From Lytechinus pictus (Eukaryota), in the NCBI RefSeq assembly GCF_037042905.1, contig NC_087251.1, forward strand, positions 47,742,001 to 47,806,000: 64,000 bases of DNA, given 5' to 3'. The translations under genes and the position numbers were made by a program. Below, in pieces: positions 49,195-64,000 of the stretch. The notes below the pieces were generated by a model, which saw only the letters and a program-made list of their open reading frames with translations, was not told the DNA's origin and searched no databases. Numbering within the stretch: position 1 is the first letter of the stretch; each line of letters begins with the position of its first letter.

Positions 49195-50240
49195 TAGTCG
49201 TGATCCAAGTCCCCTCTCCTAAAAAGGAGAGGAATAATAGCATAATACTCGTTATCCGAGTCCCCTCCTATGGGAAATTGTCAGTCTCAACACGGGAAGG
49301 GGACTCTGATCACGAGGAGTAATAAGACAGTTAAATAGTGTTTTTAATGTGATTTTCATTGATTTTAATGATTCTTATTGAAAATATTTGTTTATCAATA
49401 ATCTCTAGGAAACTGTCTAAAAATGGCAGAGTGGTTTGAAGAGGAGGGAAATGAGGGGTAGATGAATATCAATGGGTTTATTGCCGTTTTTTGTTTTTTT
49501 TAGGAGAGGGGACTTGGATCACGACTAATAGTACTCCTCATTATCCAAGTCCCCTCCTATGAGAAATTGCCCAGTCTTAACATAGGAAGGGGACTCGGAT
49601 CACGAGGAGTAATTAGACAGTTAAATAATGTTTTTAATGTGATTTTCATTGATTTTAATGATTCTTATTATCGAAAATATTCATCTATCATCTCCAGGAA
49701 ACTGTGGCAGAGTGGTTTTGAAGAGGAGGGAAATGAGGGGTAGATGAATATCAACGGGTTAATTGCTGTTTTGTATTTTTAGGAAAGGGGACTTGGATCA
49801 CGAGTAATAGCCTACTCCTCGTTATCCAAGTCCCGTAGCTCCTATGAGAAATTGGACATTTTTAACACGGCAAGGGGACTCGGATCACGAGGAGTAATTA
49901 GACAGTTAAATAATGTTTTTAATGTGATTTTCATTAATTTTAATGATTATTGTTATCGAAAATATTCATTTATCATCTTTAGGAAACTGTCTAAAAGTGG
50001 CAGAGTGGTTTTGAAGAGGAGGGAAATGAGGGGTAGATGAATATCAACGGGTTAATTGCCGTTTTGTATTTTTAGGAGAGGGGACTTGGATCACGAGTAA
50101 TAGTACTCCTCGTTATCCAAGTCCCCTCCTATGAAAAATTGCCCAATCTTAACACAGGAAGGGGACTCAAAATCACGAGGAGTAATTAGACAGTTAAATA
50201 ATGTTTTTAATGTGATTTTCATTGATTTAAATGATTATTA
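49195..50240. repeat. Tandem array, ~3.5 units of ~285 bp with internal palindromes; inverted partial copy at 48395-48510
   Basis: Units begin near 49245, 49535, 49815 and 50103; aggggacttggatcacga faces tcgttatccaagtcccct. Confidence 0.9.
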
Positions 50241-51567
50241 TCAGGCCTCTACAAAAAAAAATTCATCTCTTGCCCTGTCGTAGTAGATGCAATTCTGATT
50301 TATTTAGTAAATTAGGAATTGACGAAAATGGAGACTGAAGAGGGATAGGGCTAGATAAAATTTTGAAGTTTATTTAGTAAAAACGTAATAGACGAAATAA
50401 AGCAAAATTTTAATTGTCGGATAAACATGAGACAATCCTGATTTATTTACTATTAAAAGTAGGCCTACTAGTTGACGAAATAAAGCAATAGAGACTGAAA
50501 AAAAAGTAGATGCAATTCTGATTTATTTAGTAAATTAGAAATCAAGGAAATAAAGCAATGGAGACTGATCCGAGTCACCGGGGACTTGGATCACGATAAT
50601 GCCGAGTTTTTTAAAATTTTATTTTTTTTTCTCGTACACAGACGGCTCGCTATCGTGCAGCCACCATTAGGGGTTAACAATGCAAAATCCCCCTGATGGG
50701 GCTCATCGATTTTTGTTTTTATTTCATAAAACTACCAAAATAACGATTATTATTCTGTTTTGGCCTGAAATGCACCAAACGGAAATAAACTTAAAAGGGG
50801 AAGAAACAGTGACTTACTTCAGCTGTCGCGTAATTTCACTTCCGAACTGAATACATAAACATATGGCCATTGAGTCCCTGTACAGATCGAGCTAGAACTT
50901 CGGTCACTGTATTTGGTGAGTGGAGCCAACAGAGTTCAGCGGAACAGCCAACATAACAGAGACCGAAGCTTTTGGTTTAGCTGCTGCTAGTTCTCATCTT
51001 GATTACAATATGCTTGTGATTTAATGCACAATTGACTTGATTAAGAGTTAGACCTAAGCAAACTACGTCCGAGCAGAGTCACCTGTCCCAAAATTGTGAT
51101 TGTCCCACTCCCAGAAAACAAGGATGTCCTCACCGTAAACCAAGAAAAATCATGTCTTGGTAAAATGAGATTGTCCTAGTTTATGGGGACAGTTTTTCTT
51201 CACTTACCCCTGCTGGACATGGATGGCAATTGAGAGTGCCAAAAATAGATTCAGTGACCTCAATTCCCCCCAGTTCACTGTCTCTTTCACACTTGCTGTC
51301 TTCCAATAATCTTGTTAGTCTTTACCTGATATATTTACATTGACTAGCGCACTCGATTGATGTCGGCTTGAAGACTTTGATCATTCATGTAGGTTAAAGT
51401 CTCCTAATGATTATTTTCAACCTCCAGTAACAAAAGATGTTAGTGATTGAAAAATGGCAGTGTGCTTATGTGTATAATTTTTCAATTTGATAAAATCTCC
51501 TGAAATCGGGTGCAGCAAGACCTGCAACTTTTGATTTCAGAAGTAGACCCTCATATCAGTATGGAGG

Positions 51568-51786
51568 TCAGGGGCGGATCCAGGATTTTCCAAAGGGGGG
51601 GGGGGGCACATTTTCCCAAGGAAAAATTTGACAAGCAAAAAAAAATGTTTTCAACAAAAAATAAGAACATTTCTGTTTCTTCTCTTTTAACAAGTTCGCC
51701 ATTTTACATTACAAATTTAAATTGTGTGTTTCAAAAGGGGGGCGGGCCAGCTTTGCCCCCCCTTCCTCCCCCTGGATCCACCAGTG
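51568..51786. mobile_element. Short hAT-like MITE
   Basis: caggggcggatccagg / cctggatccaccagtg ends. Confidence 0.6.
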
Positions 51787-52026
51787 ATGCAAGGAGCTGT
51801 GTTTCTGAATAACCAAAGAATTAACTTTTTGTCACTTCCTCACTTTTTAATTACCGTACTCTTATAGCATGGTTCACTTTGTTTGGTTTAATACAGATCA
51901 AGCTTTAAAGAGAATGTACCCACTTTAGGGACTGGAATGGACAAGTCTGCAAGAAAAAAATAACACCATGGCAACTGGAGTATCTTGTATTAAGCTGTAA
52001 GCTGTAGAGGGCAGAGATATCACACC

Positions 52027-59601
<7,575 letters not shown>

Positions 59602-59619
59602 GCCTTTCATTGCTTGCTT

Positions 59620-59762
59620 TAGAACTCTTCTGATCTTCCAACAATTATGAGAAGGGATACAGCATCCAGGCACATCCCATCATCCTCGGAAACCTGACTG
59701 TCCAAGCTGCAGATCCCCGATCTATGCCTCAGAACCTCTCTCTGTCCCCACATGGTAGGCCT
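59620..59762 (+). pseudogene. Degenerate tandem copy of the last ~155 nt of the PCNX4 CDS
   Basis: Aligns by eye to 59450-59605, including ACATGGTAGGCCT; carries a 13-nt deletion and other lesions. Confidence 0.88.
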
Positions 59763-61661
59763 GTCAGTATTTACTTTCAGTCCTCCATCATCATCTCAAG
59801 GGAGAGATAAAAGTTACAGACTTAAAAAAATAAAAGATACTTCTTGAGTCTGTTGCAAGAAGGAATTGAAATCAAATGCAACTTGGAAGAATGAGCAAAG
59901 TTTCCAAATGAGCATTTTTGATAAATTGAAATTCAATTTGCATTTGATTCTTTTACTTTTTTAGAATTGCAACTCATTTTGTAATGTCTCCCTGTTCCAG
60001 AAAGTTGATCCTCTTCTTGGCTTTCTGGTAATGCCTCCAAGTAATGATAAATGGTTTTTTTTTAAGTGGCTTTTTTAGATAATTGAAGCACTGTTCAATG
60101 CACATAATCAAATTGTGGAGTCAGACTAATGATATATCCTTGAATGATCATAGAATAAAATGTTGATGAGGTTATCATTTCAGCTGTTTAATTATGTTTA
60201 ACAATCATGTATTTCATATAATATATATTAAGAAACTACATAAATTTATGTGAAGATTTAGTTCCTTATTTACAATCAGGACATTATTTTGTATATTTTA
60301 TCTATTTTGCTCTTAAAAGAATGTGTCGCTCAATGTGAAGAGTATACTGAGCTATTTGCATGCATGTTTTAATTTTTTTGTCATAAACTACATTTCAATG
60401 TTTGATATGTTTGGTTTATGCAAACATCAGAAAAATTAAATGTTAGAGGGAAAGAAACTGTAAAATGGACATGGTACTGTTTCTATATACGTCTATGCCA
60501 TGATATTAATTCTTATCTACAATATGTTTTGTGGCTGATTGAATGCTTTGTAATCCTCGATACATGCATGAATGCATTTTTTTTTTTGGAGGGGTAATTT
60601 CACAGAAATTAAGTTTATTAATGAATATCTGTCGCTGAGATCGGGGGGGGGGGGGTGTCTTAGGAGATCTTAAGACTAAACTCGTTGGACAAACAAGGGC
60701 TCCTTTTTTACATCTTTCAATTCTATTCCAGTGTGTGCAAATATCAGTGCAATTCTTACAAACCATGACCTTGTTGAATTTGTAGTATTATTTTGAAATT
60801 GCATTCTTACATGTAGTGGCATATTCATTTTGATTTCCATTACTCTTTCTATTCCGTCCTCAGATTTTAATGTAAAGATTGCATACTAAAATCAGATGAA
60901 TGCGTAAGTTTAGAAACTTTATTCAGAGTATGGTTGGTAACTTTTCCAGGCTAGAATCCATATGGGTCACAAAATGATATTTAACTCTGGAGAAATTTAA
61001 AATACTATCATAAGAGGAAAATAATAAATTATTCACATTTTTTGATATGGTTAAAAACTGCATGAGGGACTTATGCAAAGCTGTGTGTTCTATGCATTAT
61101 TCCATCCTGCCACTCTACATTGTATAGCGAAACATGTTGACGTTTTTTGCAGGGGGGGGGGGGGTCATTTTATTATTACTTGAATAAAGAAGAAAAAAAA
61201 GGATACTCGAGTCTTGGGGGATTTTACATTCAGTACTTCAGTATCAAAGAGTGATAGATTTTTTTATATTTCTTTAGGTTTAGGCATTTTTTTTTTTTAC
61301 AGTGAATAGTGTGCGAGATTAGGCATTTAGTTGAGAATCCTACAATGTTGAGATGCTCTACCAAAAATATAATGGATGATCCATCTTTTTGATGTTACAT
61401 TGCATGACATAGGCTCATGTCATGAAGCTTAGCAATAGTTCAGAGTTAATGGGATATACTACGACAAATAAAATTCTGGGTATTAGAGGCAAGCAACTTT
61501 CTTTTGTAAGGTGGCCAAAAATGCGGGCTACTCAAAATTCCCTTCAAAAGTTAGAGAAAATTTTTAAAAAGTTTTGTGGACAAACTTGTGTTGGACTTTT
61601 TTTAGACTTCAAGGGAGCTATTTGGTCTGCAAGCAGTTCATCTACTTCGCAGATAGTCTAA

Positions 61662-62082
61662 GACACCGTTCTCACTACCTTCTTAAAACTAGTTTAGTGG
61701 AAACTAGTTTAACGTGTAATGAGAACGGTCAAAGCGATCTTCCAAACCGGTTCATATAAAACCACCTCGCGATGTAGTTTTCAAGATCGCTTTGCCTTGT
61801 TAAACTGGTTTTAGCGTGAGGACACAAGCGATCTTTGCACATATTGAGCGCGCTACCCCACACACTGTGTGTAGAATGCCTACGCTGCGGTTTAGAATTT
61901 CGCGTGAAACGCGTCACCCAACTGACAGCGTTCCCATAGCAACAAGATCGCTTTACGTGAAGTGATTTTGAAAACCACTTTCGGGTGATCAAATGGGAAC
62001 GCTAGCAAAGCGATCTTCCAAACTGGTTTCCTGAACCGGTTTGCAGGAAACTAGTTTTAGAAAGTGTAGTGAGAACGGGGTC
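61662..62082. mobile_element. PIF/Harbinger-like MITE
   Basis: TAA|gacaccgttctcacta ... tagtgagaacggggtc|TAA; long internal inverted symmetry. Confidence 0.85.
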
Positions 62083-62295
62083 TAATACCTCATGGGTGTA
62101 ACTCCTGATTGACATTTGATCTACTCTACACTTGGTCCAATACCCACTCTTAATTCTTATTCAACTAAATACTCACATGGTCTAATTTCCACTTTGCTAA
62201 TAATTTTACAAGTTTTCAAATGAAAATTCAGTTCATAAATAGTTCATCTAAACTTGTAGACCAAATGATGTTGGACCCAATTTAGACTACAGACC

Positions 62296-62448
62296 CAGTC
62301 AGCAATCTTTGAGCATAGTTTACACTCGATTTTACACTCGAGCAAGAACAAAGGAAATGGTCCAGTGAATCTATTGTTCTATTGTTCTGGCTTGGTCACT
62401 CTATTGTTCTGGACCCGAGTGTAAACTATGCTCAAAGATTGCTGACTG
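62296..62448. mobile_element. Short MITE with perfect 33-bp TIRs
   Basis: cagtcagcaatctttgagcatagtttacactcg and its exact reverse complement; CC on both flanks. Confidence 0.85.
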
Positions 62449-64000
62449 CCACTGTATATGGGTATCGCGTTTCTAGCAATTAGACAAAGTGGTAAATGAG
62501 ATAAATGTTAAATGGTAAGCAAACTATTTTTAGATGAATTAGGATTAGATCATGTGGGAAGAGTTCGAACTCAGAGTAGACAAAGCAGATATAGACCAAG
62601 TGACAATTCATGTCACAATATCAGGGTCCCGTTTCATAAAGACTTGTTATGATGACAAATGAACAATCGGCCAATCAGATTGAAGGATTACAGTAGCTTT
62701 TAACTGTTATTGCAAATTTGTTACTATAACAAGTTTTATGAACTGGACCCATGAACACTGAATAATGCTAGCTTGTCATATATCTATTTTGTCTTATATA
62801 TAGTATTGTGAAAATGTAAATAAAAAAAGAACTATCATCTCAGATCACACTAATCACCTTGATATTCATAGTATTTTGTATTTAAAGGAAAATTATTGAA
62901 GATATTTGTATATATTCATTTTATTAAAATGTCTGATTAAATATGATTTATTTGTGGTATACTTTGTCTTCATTTTGATTCACTGAGAGAAGATAAATAG
63001 CTTCAAGTTGTAACAAATTCTTTTGAACCTTTTCCTCAACTTTTCACTTTTATAGAATTTCTTCCTAGGGAAATGATGGTGAATCAGGTAGGGCGTTTCA
63101 TTTTCAACATCGGTCACATCATGTTTGGTCATGTGATCCTATTTGAACCAATCACATTACAGGCTTTAATTCATGTAGGATACAATAGTTATGTTCAACA
63201 ACCACTATCCTTTCCCCCTTGGGCATTTTCACCACAGATGGACACAGAGGCAAAAAAATCAAGTTAATATTCATGTCAAATGCTTTATGTTTTTTAATAA
63301 TACAAGACCTGAAGTTTCTGAGATAAAATTTTTTTCAGACTCTGGCAGCCATTTTTTATTTCAAAATGGCTGCCAAAGTATGGATACAAATTAGTGTTGA
63401 AAATAGTATATTGATACATATTTTGTTTTGACAGATTTTTAAAGAACAGGTTTGATCATGTTGTTTTCGCCTGTGATTTAGCTTGCTATTATAACACTTT
63501 TTAAAATCCTACAGAAAGAAACACCAGTAATTCATTTATCTGATAAAAAAACATTGATGAAGTATGTGATATGGTATGTAATGTCAGTTACCGAAAACAT
63601 GAACTTTTTTTTCTCATTTCCTGGAAAAGAGGATATATTATATGAAACTTGGTAGATTTCCTCTCTAGGTAACACCCCTCCCTTCTACACCAAAATTAAA
63701 GATTACCAATTAACAATGAAGCCATAGGGTACCATTAAATGTATGTAATATCAGTTACCAAGTGGAAAATGTAATGTCAGTTACCGAGATGTGATGTCAG
63801 TTACCATGATAAAACGTTGGTTACCAATATTGAAATGCAAATATGTGGTCAATTTTATGGTGAAGAAATATTTTATACTTGTTATTTAAGTCTTTCACTT
63901 TAAAAGTCACACCAGAAGGAGCTTGCTATTGACTTTAAAAGGTATAGTTCACAAGGAATACTATATTAAATTATGAAGGAAGTTGCATTCCCATCGTGCA

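Overview
AT-rich, intron-rich animal genomic DNA. An invertebrate deuterostome, most likely a sea urchin, is inferred from the repeat families and is not proven. Three protein-coding genes were assembled by hand from splice sites and reading phase. FCF1/UTP24 (minus) is present only as its first two coding exons, at the left edge, and is missed by the ORF track. PAF1 (minus) has 14 coding exons and about 538 aa, with an ambiguous first exon. PCNX4 (plus) has 8 coding exons and about 1254 aa. Introns and the ~27 kb intergenic region are dense with nested transposons: tRNA-head SINEs, CR1/L2/RTE LINE fragments, hAT-, piggyBac-, Kolobok- and Harbinger-like MITEs, three Helentron-type non-autonomous elements with ~162-bp tandem arrays, and a 9.15-kb TIR insertion. 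The most interesting observations are: (1) a 405-nt-period direct repeat in (TA)n carrying two minimal type I hammerhead-like motifs (retrozyme/Penelope-like); (2) a ~56-bp-arm palindrome enclosing the likely PAF1 start codon, with the splice donor in its single bulge; (3) a covarying hairpin found ~1 kb upstream of both PAF1 and PCNX4 in the same gene-relative orientation; (4) a decayed duplicate of the PCNX4 C-terminal coding end in its 3' UTR.
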